Both the position numbers and the translations under genes were made by a program. Of a stretch of 64,000 nucleotides of DNA, positions 42,586 to 55,865 are shown in pieces. The DNA is from Octopus vulgaris (lineage: Eukaryota), in contig OX597831.1 in assembly GCA_951406725.2 (NCBI GenBank), positions 79,050,001 through 79,114,000 on the forward strand, given 5' to 3'. Numbering within the stretch: the stretch's first letter is position 1; each line of letters begins with the position of its first letter. The notes under the pieces were generated by a model that worked only from the letters and a program-made list of their open reading frames with translations, did no database searches and was not told where the DNA came from.

Positions 42586-43040
42586 TTACAAAAAAAAGCA
42601 AAAGACGAAGACGTGTGTGTAAGCAACAAATAGATGTGTTAGTTTAACGCTCAGGAAGTGAGAAAGTCTTTTACGTTTCGAGCCTAAGCTCTTCGACAGA
42701 ATGGAACACAAAAATGGGTTGGGGTGGGGTGGGATGTATAGGATGGTGTAGTTGGAATGTGGAGGGGTGGGGGTAATGAGAGAGGGGTGACGATGAAGGG
42801 AGAGGGTAGAAAAGAGAAGGTGGGTAGGAGTGAACAGAGGAAGTATATGGCAGAGCAAGAGAGTAGAAGTGGGTGGGAGGAAGTGGGAAAGGAAGAGAGA
42901 GGAGAGGAGAGGAGGAGGTTTAGATGAAGAGGGGAGGAGAGTTAAGCCCATGTAGCGCAAAGGAGCGAAGAGAGATTAATCCCAGCTCATGGCGAAGACG
43001 GGAGTCTGGATGGTCCCCTGTGCAAGGACAATCCGAACAC
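42586..43040 (-). mobile_element. Penelope-like element 3' end: GIY-YIG C-terminus, 3' UTR and hammerhead
   Basis: Minus strand 43040-42920 reads VFGLSLHRG(frameshift)HPDSRLRHELGLISLRSFALHGLNSPPLFI*, matching the PLE GIY-YIG end (R..E..LI..L....P.GLN). An HHR follows at 42668-42703. Confidence 0.75.
42668..42703 (-). ncRNA. Minimal type I hammerhead-like motif, A6U core variant
   Basis: Minus strand reads CATT-CTGTCGA-A-GAGC TTAG GCTC-GAAA-CG-TA-AAAG. Stem III is the palindrome ACGT and the triplet is GUA. Confidence 0.65.
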
Positions 43041-43294
43041 CCTCTTTATCAATCTCTATCTATCCAGAGTTTATTGGCCAATCTGCGTTTTCTTTCCCTA
43101 CTCGATTTTCATTCACACTTTGTGTCTATTTTTCCTGCACATTTTATTCCTATCAATGTTTTTCATTCTGTCACCACATTCTATTAATTACAACTCTTTC
43201 TTCTTTACTTTCATATCCCTCACGTCTTCTCACGTCTTTCCTTCTTTAAGTCTTTTCCTATTTCTTTCCGTCTCCAGTTTCTAACCATCTATCT

Positions 43295-43441
43295 TTTATT
43301 TACATTATTTACATTTGACGGATATTTATCTTCATCTTGTTTGTTGTTAACACAACGTTTCGGTTGATACACCGTCCTGCCTTCATCAGGTGTTTTGGGG
43401 AAATTTCGAAAATGGGTTCTCATTCCTAATGTATTTTTCAA

Positions 43442-43475
<34 letters not shown>

Positions 43476-43487
43476 ATTATTATTATT
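43295..43487 (-). mobile_element. Second copy of the tRNA-head/HHR family ((AAT)n plus HHR tail; head displaced by an insertion)
   Basis: Homologous to 2440-2560. Confidence 0.8.
43349..43394 (-). ncRNA. Minimal type I hammerhead ribozyme motif (canonical core)
   Basis: Minus strand reads AACAC-CTGATGA-AGGCAGGACGGTGTATCAACC-GAAA-CG-TT-GTGTT. Perfect 5-bp stem I, palindromic AACGTT stem III, GUU triplet; stem II is eroded. Confidence 0.75.
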
Positions 43488-43668
43488 GAGTGAGAGAGCA
43501 GTGCATGCCATCAAAGTGACACTGGGGTAAAATATACTAAGCCCAGTATACCCATCATGACTACCCGTCTGATAAGGGTACACTAGGCACATGAATCACA
43601 ACCATATGTGTGCGACATGGTGATCTCATATCAAGATAAACAGCGCATGACCTTGCAGGTGGGGCCCA
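43488..43668 (-). mobile_element. (TAA)n-tailed non-autonomous retroelement, 3' part
   Basis: Reverse complement of 49362-49543 and 51100-51283. Confidence 0.8.
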
Positions 43669-43719
43669 GTTTTTTCGTACCAATTTTTTGTTCTGTCAAG
43701 TCCATTATTATTATTATTA

Positions 43720-43775
<56 letters not shown>

Positions 43776-43859
43776 GTTATTAATATTAATATTATCATCA
43801 TCATCATTATTATTATTGTTTTTGTTGTTATTATTTATTTATTTGTTTATTATATATAA

Positions 43860-44070
43860 AGGCGGCGAGCTCGTAGAATCGTTAACGCTATTTCGTTTGC
43901 CGACTACGTTCTGAGTTCAAATTCTGCGCCGAAGTCGACTATGCCTTCTGCCGCCCTTTCTGAATCGATAAATTAAGTACCAGTCAAGTACTGGGTTCGA
44001 TGTGATCGACTTACGCCCCCCCCCCCGCTCCCCCCAAATTTCAGGCCTTGTGCATATAGCAGAAACGATT
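43860..44070 (+). mobile_element. Family C (Nin/Deu-like) SINE
   Basis: GGCGGCGAGCT...TCGATAAATTAAGTACCAG. Confidence 0.75.
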
Positions 44071-44782
44071 ATTATAATTATTTATTTATTTACTTTCGTC
44101 CCTGATTTCCTTATTTTTTTCTTCGACAATTTTATTTTCCGTTTCCTTCTATTTTCGCATTTCTCACCCAACCCCGCTCCGCTCATTTTAATGCTTCTTT
44201 AGTTATTGTCTCCATACAATATCACATTTATTTTTTTATAATCTTTTGTTCTTATCTCTTATTTATTTAGACTTTCATCACGATATTTCTTAAACATTTG
44301 TTCATGCATTCTTCATTATCTTTATTCATTTTTATTTATACTTTACTCCTTGAAACCCTTTTTTTCCCCTCATCATTTAATCATTTATTAATTTTTCTGA
44401 TATTCATTTATTATCTTCCTTCGTTACTCTTTAACTTTTCTTTTCTTACTTCTTTCTTTCCTTCTACCTAAGTTTTACTCCCTCTAACTATCTCTCGCTC
44501 AGTCTCTCTGTCTCTGTCTCTATCTGTCGTTCTCTCTCTCTCTTTCACACACACACACACTCCCTCTCTGTCCAGCTCTTCTCAAATACATTACATATAT
44601 ATGACTATGTGTCAGTATAGTGTTTTGTACTTACATACGTACATACATAAATACATACATGTATATCTTGCATACGTATATGTGTGCGTGTATGTACATG
44701 TGTATTTACAAATATACCTATGTATATCCATACGTGTGAAGTTCGATAGACAGATAGATAGATACGTATATACATACATTCA

Positions 44783-44847
<65 letters not shown>

Positions 44848-44956
44848 TTACTTTTATACATGTCTTCATATATTTGCTTACTTAAATACAAGTAAGCGTA
44901 CGTATGTATGTGTATATAAATTCAGCCACGTATAAATATATGTATATATATGCCTG

Positions 44957-45032
<76 letters not shown>

Positions 45033-45111
45033 CATATATATATATACATATATATATATAAAATATATATGCACATATACATACGTATATGTACATACAT
45101 CTATAAAAAAG

Positions 45112-45442
45112 GGTAAAGACCCCCTTCGGTCATGAATGACCATGGGATTGCACCTAGAAAGTTACCCTCCTAGACACAAGTCTGGGCAAGGTTGTTTTTA
45201 TGGAAGGCCAGCAGTCGCCCATGCATACCAGCCTCCCCTCTCCACGCCACCAGTGTTATCCAAGGGAAAGACAAAGGTCGATACAGCTTGGCACCAGTGA
45301 CGTCGCAACTCATTTCTACAGCTGAGTGAACTGGAGCAACGTGAAATAAAGTGCCTTGCTCGAGAACACAACACGCAGCCCGGTCCGGGATTCGAGCTCA
45401 CAACCTCACGATCGTAAGCTCGACGCTCTAACCACTGAGCCA
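45112..45442 (-). mobile_element. Full-length tRNA-derived SINE (family E)
   Basis: Minus-strand head GGCTCAGTGGTTAGAGCG...GAGCTCGAATCCCGG, followed by GAGCAAGGCACTTTATTTCACGTTGCTCCAG. Confidence 0.85.
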
Positions 45443-45674
45443 TCTATACCTATATATATATATATGCATATGTGGGCACAGGAAGTCACGAAACATGTAC
45501 AACAAAAATTACGAAGAACGAGTACATGGAATATGAACTATTTTTTTCGAAAAACGAAAGACACAAATGGAAAACAAGACAAGCAACATAAAGAACGACC
45601 CTTCATCAGTTGTTGGCTGTTTTTCTACGTAGGTACGAATCTACCTATTTTTCTCTATATCTATCTATCTATCT

Positions 45675-45965
45675 CGCTTTTTGTGGGATGGAAGCTTTCA
45701 GGTGGTCAGGCATTCCATTTGCTGCCAACATCCGCTAAATGGAGAGCTGAACGGTCTGTGATTAATGATGCGTAGACATGCGCTGAAACTGCGACATCTC
45801 CTGCGTATCATAGACGACGGGGAACGGGTGGGGGTCGCCTTTTGTGAGACGCGCTTCCCCGCAGCTCGTCTCTTTGACCGAACTTCAATCATGAATCACA
45901 TAGAGACCGAGGCTGGGCGAATGACATCGCGAGCGTTGCCATGCGCTCGAGCAACTCTGCCATGC
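45675..45965 (+). mobile_element. L1/Tx1-like LINE ORF2 fragment (post-RT region)
   Basis: Peptide RFLWDGSFQVVRHSICCQHPLNGEL..MMRRHALKLRHL resembles the FLWxG..VxR..PxxxGGL motif. Confidence 0.55.
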
Positions 45966-45975
45966 GGGATCAAAT

Positions 45976-46010
<35 letters not shown>

Positions 46011-46211
46011 GATGGATGGATGTATACCCTGGCATTCCGTCGGTTACGACGAGGGGTGTTCTAGCAGCTTTGATTAATGGAACAGCTTACTCGTGAATTA
46101 ATGGGCAATTGGCTGGGCACACTCACACACATATATATATATGTATGTATGTACGCATATGGAGAGAGAGAGAGAGAGCAGAAAGGCAGAGAAGAAGAGA
46201 AAGGGAAAAAC

Positions 46212-46296
<85 letters not shown>

Positions 46297-46339
46297 TGTC
46301 TGAATATATATATAGAGAGAGAGGCTACGTTGAATATAA

Positions 46340-47152
46340 ATTATGCAAAAATGAAAATAACACTGACACCTCATTTTAACAGATATATTTACCAAAATTA
46401 CATTAAAATATTTTGAAACACGAAAGAGAAAATTTACTCAATAAAATCTTCATTGGCGACAACTACGGCCTCCAGACGACTTCGGAATCTCCTGCAACTC
46501 TTCTGGATGATGTCTTTATTTAAGGTCGTAAATGTTGCCATAATCCTTGTCTCCAGTTGATGTTTGGTGTTACAAGGAGTTCAGTTGGTCTCTCGCTGAA
46601 TAGCGCACCACACATAATAATCAACGGGGTTGCAATCTGGGAAGTTAGGTGGCCAGATGTGAGGGATGATGTTGTTGCAGAAACTGTTTGACAGCCACTT
46701 GTATCGCTGCTTGTGTGGCATGGTGCAGAGTCCTGTTGCCAGACGTAGGTCTTCCAGCAGCCCTCTTCAAGTCTCTTGACATGGGCCTCCATGCTGAGTC
46801 TGAGGCCGTGTGAGAAAATGAATGATGGCATAACATTTCCATCACGAATAATCACTCCAAACACCATGATGTTGACTGGATGTTTGATTTTTATCACTCT
46901 CGCTACATGAACTATCCTCGGATTGACATCAAAACACTCTGAAATATTAGTATTGCAGCTTCCGGCGCGAATACCTAGAAGTACAGCATGGCGTTTCCAA
47001 ATTTCTGGCAGAGTGAATTGCGTCATAGTGCTGTTCTTTCTCACAAACGGTGCCCAACTGACCCTACTATACTGTGTAGTCAACAAAATCAAAAACAAAC
47101 AATGCGCGAAATTAAAAATATAAAATGGCGTCCATTTAATCATTGTACCCTG
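46340..47152 (-). mobile_element. Degenerate DD37D Tc1/mariner transposon, internally deleted, same family as 39090
   Basis: Peptides KIKHPVNIMVFGVIIRDGNVMPSFIFSHGLRL...YVWQQDSAPCHTS and PNFPDCNPVDYYVW. Confidence 0.8.
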
Positions 47153-48007
47153 TGTATGTTTTTGTGCGTGTGTGTAAAGTATATGTATGTGTTTATGTAT
47201 AGGTATGTGTATGTGTGTGCATATATGTTACATACAGGCAGAAGGAATACAGAAATCACACATGTATACACTGATATGTCCGTGTAGACGCTGTAGAAAA
47301 ACTTTTCTGTAAATAAACATGTCACCATTGTAAAGGAACGTGTGCTGTGATTGACGTCATAGCTATGACCTAATGCAGTGTACAATTTCCCTAATTAAAC
47401 CACTGATAAATACATATCTGTTTCCTCCTAACAGATATACAGTCCGGCCATGACGAGCAAGGAGTACGGGGTTTCACTGTTGCTCATGAAACGCCACCAA
47501 CACCACCGTTGCTCTTGCCACCTAACAATAAATAGCGAAAATAAAATAAGAAATGTAATTCGGACTGTCATGTAAGAAATAGAAAGAAAAAAGAAAAGTA
47601 AGAAAGAAATAATGAAAGAAGAAGCGAACGAGAGGGAAAGATAGAACGAAATAAGTGAACGTTTAAATTTTATCACACGTGACCGCTTTCATAAGACACT
47701 GTTTGGTACTGTTTGATGGCGGTTTGTTAGCGCGAAGATTAACTGATATTGTCCGTGTTTGTTCGTGTGCGTGAGTGTGTTTGTTTATAGGTCTATTAGT
47801 GTATAGATGTATGTATGGATGCATGAATACGTATGTAAGTAAGTATATATTTGTGTTATATATATATACGCGAGAATACGCGTATACGTTGTGTGTATGT
47901 ATGTGTTCTCGTTCTCTCTTTCTGGTTGTCTGTATACACCAACCCGCATTAAGACACATAGGCAGATCAACCGATAAATAAATAGAGAAAAAGAGAGAGA
48001 GAGAGAG

Positions 48008-48093
<86 letters not shown>

Positions 48094-48094
48094 G

Positions 48095-48182
<88 letters not shown>

Positions 48183-48263
48183 CTGATTGCTATGTTTTTG
48201 GATGTATAACTTGATGTGTGAACAAATATATGTGTGTATGTATATGTACATGCCATCTCATTC

Positions 48264-48323
<60 letters not shown>

Positions 48324-48400
48324 ATGTATGTATGTATGTATGTATGTATGTATGTATGTATGTATGTATGTATGTATGTATGTGTATATACATACATACA

Positions 48401-49212
48401 TAAAGTGGATGGACAAAATAATGGAAACACCGTCAACTTTCAAACAAATTTATTTCAATACCGTGTAGGATCGCTTTTGGCAGTAATTACAACTTGAATT
48501 CTAAGAGGTATGGACTCGTACAAAGTTTGAATTTCTTTCAAAGGAATTCTTGTCCATTCTTCAGCTAAGACAGCCTCCAGTTCTTGTAGTGGCAATGGTG
48601 GAGGATATCGACTCCTTACTTGTTTTTTTTTAATGCACCATATATATTCAATAATATTCAGATCTGTGTACTGTGGTAGCTAGATAAAATGTTCAACTTC
48701 ACTAGAATGTTCCTCATATTATTCAGTAACAACTTTAGGTGTGTGAAGTGTTGCGTTTTCCCCCCGGAAACAGTTCCGCAACCATAAGATGAATTTGATC
48801 AGATAAAAAGCTTAAATAGTCTTGACTTTTAAGTCTGCCATAAAGGGAAACCATTGAGGCGGCGGATTTCCAAGATATAGACCCCCGGATCATCACAGAT
48901 CCTCCTCCATGTTTAAAAGTTGGAAGAAGGCAGTCTGAGACAAATACTTCTCCACTCGTATAATCTCCACACGTATAAAGGTAAAGGATGACTCGTCCGA
49001 GAAAATAACATACTTCCACTGCTCTAGGGACCAATTCTATAGGTTTTTACTCCACTCTGAACGCTTTGCAGCGTTTGTTTTTGAAAGTAGTGGCTTTCTG
49101 GTTGAAGCCTTCCCGTGAAATCCGGCTTTGTGCAACTCTCGGCGAACAGTTTTTGTGGAAACTGGGTTCTCGAGGTGGTCATTGAGCTCTGCAGTAATTT
49201 TGGGAGCTGTTC
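48401..49212 (-). mobile_element. Degenerate Tc1-like transposon, truncated by the adjacent retroelement array
   Basis: Peptides PTFKHGGGSVMIRG, PQYTDLNIIEYIW and KTVRRELHKAGFHG..RKPLLS. A TIR-like end TA|AAGTGGATGGACAAAATAATGGAAACACC lies at 48401. Confidence 0.85.
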
Positions 49213-49214
49213 AA

Positions 49215-49543
49215 GGATGTTGAGCATGTCTCTTAGTAGCTGACAGTATGTGCATCTCTGATCATGAGCAGAAGTAGTGGGGAGCATCATAGCCGTGTGT
49301 TGAAAGGAATTCTTAGGGAACTTTTGAGCGGGATGGGCTGCTCGGCCAGAAGAAAATTCTAACTGGGCCCCACCTCCAAGGTCATGCGCTGTTTATCTTG
49401 ATATGATATCACAATGTCGCACACATATGGTTGTGATGCATGTGCCTAGTGTAGCTTTATCAGACGGATAGTCATGAGGGTATACTGGGCTTCGTATGTT
49501 TTACCCAAGTGTCACTTCGATGGCATGCACTGCTCTCTCACTC

Positions 49544-49590
<47 letters not shown>
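49215..49590 (+). mobile_element. (TAA)n-tailed non-autonomous retroelement
   Basis: Homologous to 50905-51319; ends CTGCTCTCTCACTC(AAT)n. Confidence 0.8.
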
Positions 49591-49591
<1 letters not shown>

Positions 49592-49593
<2 letters not shown>

Positions 49594-50071
49594 CACGATC
49601 TAGGATGATCAATTCTAAAAACAGAGCTCAATGCTAAAAACAATATAATAGGTATTAACACTTTAGCCGTCCCAGGTAAAAGTTTCAGCTACAATATCCT
49701 TAACTGGAAGCTAAATGAACTGACCAAAATAGGTAGGAAAACAAGAAAAATAATGACAGGATCTAGGATGCATCACCCAAAATCTAACATAGAAAGGCTA
49801 TATATACAACGTACAGAAGGTGGTAGAGGCCTTATACAGCTGGAAAACTATTATAAAATAACCACCATAGGACTGCAAAAATATCTACTTCAGAAGGAAG
49901 GAAAACTGATCCAAATAGCGGCAAAACACGAGCAAAACAAAAATCTGTTCTCAGTATTTAAGGAAGCTGACAAATACAAAGAAGAAATCATACTACCTAA
50001 CAAATATGAAGAAGAAGAAGAAGAAGAAGAAGAAGAAGAAGAAGAAGAAGAAGAAGAAGAAGAAGAAGAAG

Positions 50072-50109
<38 letters not shown>

Positions 50110-50505
50110 GATCATGAAGAAAAAAATGCTTTCTAATTGATGTATCAATACCGGCAGATGACAAGGTGTCCCTAAACGAAATGGAGAAACTTTCAAAATA
50201 CAAAGACCTGGAAATAGAGGTAACTCGAATGTGGAATCTAAAAACAGAAACAATTCCTATCATAGTAGGCGCATTAGGTATGATAAAAATATTCAGACAA
50301 ATACATAACAAAAAACACCAGGACTTACAAACACATATAACATACAGAAAATTGCACTACTGGGCACTGTACACATTCTACGCAGAACACTTTCAATACA
50401 GTTACCATCAGAGAATCACAACATATCACAGCACATAACCAAGGCACACAGAGCTACGCTCAGTAGTGAAGTGACAGCACGCTATAAAAATAAAACTACT
50501 TAATA
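49592..50505 (+). mobile_element. R4/Dong-clade RLE LINE, 5'-truncated and internally deleted
   Basis: Peptides MHHPKSNIERLYIQRTEGGRGLIQLE and KLSKYKDLEIEVTRMWNLKTETIPIIVGALG; flanked by (TAA)n on both sides. Confidence 0.85.
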
Positions 50506-50524
50506 ATATCAAAAAAATAATAAC

Positions 50525-50617
<93 letters not shown>

Positions 50618-50624
50618 AATAATG

Positions 50625-51319
<695 letters not shown>

Positions 51320-51322
<3 letters not shown>

Positions 51323-52410
51323 GACTGGATGTTAAAACTTGTCTCAAAACATGAAAATAAGAAAGCATCATACTCAGTAACAAAACAGGCAAAGGAATAT
51401 CTAAGTGAATTCCAAATACAATTAATAACGGAATTAGACACACAAGAAACAAGCACAGAAAAAGTTAAGCGTATGTAAATCCGTGCTAAAACTGTTGTTT
51501 TAGATATACTGAATGATAAATGGCAAGAAAAACCTCTCAATGGCAAATACCCAAAGAGAGTGAATAATGCAGATGTTGACAAAGCACTGATCAATCAATG
51601 GCTAATGGCCTCTGGCTTAAAATCTGAAACAGAAGGGTTTATCATAGCAGCTCAAGATCAATGCCTACCTACAAGAAACTACCAGGCCAACATATTAAAG
51701 AACGGCAGTAGCCCAACATGTCGTGTTTGTCAACAACAAAATGAAACCATTGATCATTTTGTCTCCAAGTGCAGTCTTCTTGCGCCTACAGAGTATCTCA
51801 ACAGGCATGATAGAGCTGCACAATATATTCACTGGGTAATTTGCAAAAACCTGGACTTGCCCCATGATAAAAGCTGGTGGTAACGCAAACCACCTCCAGT
51901 GCTTGAAAATGACCACATCTCACTCCTCTGGAACTTCCCCATTCAAACTGACAGAAAGATAGATGCAAATAGGCCAGACATCATATTGAAAGACTTCAAA
52001 CAAAGAACATGCCTCCTTCATTGATATGACTGTTCCAATCGATATAAACGTATCTGTCAAAACCTACCAAAAACTAAGCAAATATAAAGATCTTGAAATA
52101 GAAATCAGCAAAATGTGGAACCTGAAGACAAAAACAATACCTGTTGTCACAGGTGCCCTGGGAATGATAGCAAAAGGGGCTGATTGCTACCTAACTCAGA
52201 TACCAGGAAACCCCAAAATGGCAGAAATTCAAAAGATAGTGCTCATGGGAACTGCTCATATCCTACGCAAAATACTTTCTATGTAATCTCAAGTTTTAAA
52301 ACAAACATAATTTTTGTATGTTTTTTTTGGCATTCACTAGTACAACACTATGTACAAAACCAAATATGTGGCACCCTAGGCATAACAACAACATTAACTT
52401 CCAACTTGTT
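51320..52410 (+). mobile_element. R4/Dong-clade RLE LINE 3' part (CCHC knuckle plus restriction-like endonuclease), pseudogenised
   Basis: Peptides ETEGFIIAAQDQ, CRVCQQQNETIDHFVSKC, RHD, NRPDII, IDMTVP, KLSKYKDL and GALG, with an internal stop and a frameshift. Confidence 0.9.
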
Positions 52411-52489
52411 CCCTCATGTGTGTGTATGTGTGTGTGTATGTGCGTGCGTGTATGTGAGATATCATATATCATTTAGTTATTCGTTTATT

Positions 52490-52884
52490 GTTTTACTTCT
52501 TTCAGTCATTTTGGACTGCGGTCATGCTGGAGCGCCGCCTTAAAGTGTTTTAGTCGAACAAATTGAACCCAGGATTTATTCTTTGGAAGCCTAGTACTTA
52601 TTCTGTCGGTACACTTTTGGCCAACCGCTAGGTTACGGGGACTTAAACGCATCGACATCGGTTGTCAAGCGATGACGTGAGTGACATACACAGACACAAA
52701 GATACACAGATAATTATATATACATATATACGAAAGCTACTTTCAGTTTCCGTCTAACGAATCCTCTCACAAGGCTTTGGGCGGCCCGTAGCTGTAGTAG
52801 AAGACACTTACCCGAGGTGCTATGCAATGGAATTGAACACGGAACCATGTGGTTTGGAAGCAATCTTCTTACCGCGCAGCCACG
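52490..52884 (-). mobile_element. SINE family B
   Basis: Reverse-complement homology to 7212-7650. Confidence 0.85.
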
Positions 52885-53274
52885 TCAATAGGTTATATTT
52901 TATAAGGAAGCTCTCCAGTTTGGCAACGCATAATCTAGACGCATTTCTCGCTAAAGACGTAGAGCGGAAGTCAGTGTGTTAGAGAAATAAAAGACGTATT
53001 TTTGAAAAATGAAAGTGAAAGAAGCAAAGGGAATGATACTTGGCAAAAGAAGTATTAAAAGGAGATTCGAGGAGGCATGATTTAATCGAATGGAAAACGC
53101 AGATGCTTAAGTAGCGTACGATAAAACAATATTTGTATGAAACTTGCAAATTTACTATAGAAATTGCGCTGTAAAATTTTATATAATAACGATAAGTATA
53201 TGTAAATCTAAAACATTTTGCAAATAATAGCGTAATATTTACTTCACACACACACATATATACATATCTATATC

Positions 53275-53373
<99 letters not shown>

Positions 53374-53784
53374 ATATATAACACTATTAGTTTAAATGTA
53401 ATTATTATAAAACCCATTAAACCGTTCAGTGGACCAGCAAATTATAATTTGAGAAGAAAACAAAGTTGCTGTTGTTTTGATGAAGTTAATTTCTGGGTGT
53501 TCATATACCATGTCATCCTATCACTTCCGACGGGGTAGGGCAGAGAGATTAGCATATTTACAAACTACTGCTTATATTTTATTAGTAAGTAAAAAAAAGG
53601 CGTAAATTTCAATTAAGGAAGTTATCAATGGTTTTTAGCCGTCATTTTAAATGGATGCGCTATTTATTTATAACTGATAATGCAGTCGTTAATAGGACAT
53701 ATATTTAGATAGATAGATAGATAGATAGATAGATACATGCATGTATGCATACATACATGCATACATACATACATACCTAGATCA

Positions 53785-54016
53785 CACCATCATCGGTTGT
53801 CAAGCGATGTTGGGGGAACAAACACAGACTCACAAACATATACACGCACATACATATATATATATACGACGGGCTTCTTTCAGTTTTCGTCTACTAAAGC
53901 CACTCATAAGGCTTTAGTCAGCCCGAAGCTATGATAAAAGAAACTTACCCAAGGTACCACGCAGTGGTACTGAACCCGGACCATGTAGTTGGAAAGCAAG
54001 CTACTTACCACACAGT
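53785..54016 (-). mobile_element. SINE family B, 5' half
   Basis: Reverse-complement homology to family B. Confidence 0.8.
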
Positions 54017-54281
54017 GACACAAACACACACACACACACACACATACACACAAAGACATAGACACACACACGCACACACACAGACATACACATACATATA
54101 TACACACACATATATACACACATATACTTCCTTTTAATTGTAACTATTGAAAAGATTGCAAGGAGCAACGACAATTCCGAATGAAAAATAAATAAAATAT
54201 ACCAATAAATTGAATGGAAATCGAACTGGTGTAGTGTGTGCTAGTTAAGGAGGCGTAAAGACAAAATGACTCTCCCCAGAC

Positions 54282-54329
<48 letters not shown>

Positions 54330-54432
54330 CGGAGTAAACACATAAATGTGAAACAAGGTGGAAAAAAGAGCACTCAAATACCAGTGTTAGAGTAATATGC
54401 TTTATTTAAAGCAGCAGAAAATTCACCAAAAC

Positions 54433-54470
54433 CTGTAACTCTGAGGTTCCCGTTGCCGTTCATCGGACAG
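54433..54470 (-). ncRNA. Degenerate type I hammerhead-like motif (U4C, A15.1C) within a short inverted-repeat element (54328-54505)
   Basis: Minus strand reads CTGT-CCGATGA-ACGGCAACGG-GAAC-CTCAGAG-TT-ACAG. Flanking inverted repeat ATATGCTTTATTTAAAGC / GCTTTAAATAAAGTATAT; the element lies in (TA)n. Confidence 0.55.
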
Positions 54471-54817
54471 TTTTTGCTAGATTCTAGCTTTAAATAAAGT
54501 ATATATGTATATATATAAGAGTGAAAAAACTACAGAAGGCTTGTGTTATAAGGTTAAAGAATATATTTAAGTCGTTATGTCAGAAAAATGTTATAAAATT
54601 TTGTGTATAGTAACATAGTTTTTGGAGAAATAACCGGTTTCGTATTTTCTTTCCAAATTTCTCAAATTTCCTTACCTACATCGTATCATGTCGTCGTTGT
54701 TCGCAAAAACGTTTGTCTTCGGAATTCCTGTTGATTTCGTTTTGTGAGGTCCTGCAACCATATATGCATATATATGCATATATATGTCAGTATGTACATA
54801 TATGTATGCATATACGC

Positions 54818-54858
<41 letters not shown>

Positions 54859-55355
54859 CATATGGGGGTAGGTAGAAAAAATAAGTTCAGCTTTATATAT
54901 ATTCGAAAGATAGAACAATCCCTGAAAAAATTCCCCCGATATATTCCAGGTAAGCCTCATAATCCGGGATATAAGACTGCATACAATAACTCTACCATAT
55001 TGTGATTTCGTGCCCGAAATATAGCTGTAACATAACATAACACACGAATTAATGTCTTTTCCAGGAGGTGCTATTAAGTTAGTTATGGTCAAGTCAGGGC
55101 CAAACGTAAGTAAATACGCAGTAAACATATTTTCTTTATCTTTCACGTATCCGAAGAGGAATAATTTAAGTTTAATGCTCATCTGAGAAAACATTTTGTG
55201 TGTGTGTGTGTTGGACGAGTGTGTGTATGTGTGAGAGAGAGTGTCTGTGTGTGTATTTTTGCTGGCCAGAGTATAAATATCAGAGGTGTTTGTATATATC
55301 TGTGTGCGTAGATATTTGTGTGAGATGTTACTATGTAAATCTACAAACGCGTATT

Positions 55356-55395
<40 letters not shown>

Positions 55396-55718
55396 TAGAG
55401 TATATATATATATATATATATATATGCATACACATATATCTATAATTATAATTGTATAGGCATATATATAAACACACATATATGATTATATATATATATT
55501 TCTTTATCAATCTTCTCTATACATACATATATGTGTGCCTAAATCTGTGGATCTCACTCTCTCTCTCTTCTTGTTTCTTTTTCTCCTAACATATATATAT
55601 ATACACCTACACATATAATCATATCTGTCTATAACTATATTTCTCTTTCTTTCACTCCCTCACTCTCTCTCGCACTCCCTCTCTTTTCCTCTTTCTCTCT
55701 CTCTCTCTCTGTCTGTCC

Positions 55719-55768
<50 letters not shown>

Positions 55769-55814
55769 GTATGTATATATACGAGAGGCAGAGTTTGTGT
55801 GTCGGTATGTAAGC

Positions 55815-55865
<51 letters not shown>

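Noticed and set aside
45595-45630. Hammerhead from minus-strand CTGATGAAGGG
   Set aside because: No suitably placed GAAA, stem III or stem I partner.
54880-55185. Minus-strand ORF segment MSIKLKLFLFGYVKDK as a transposase
   Set aside because: The resemblance to the mariner FLWGYLKDK motif is too short, and there are no other motifs.
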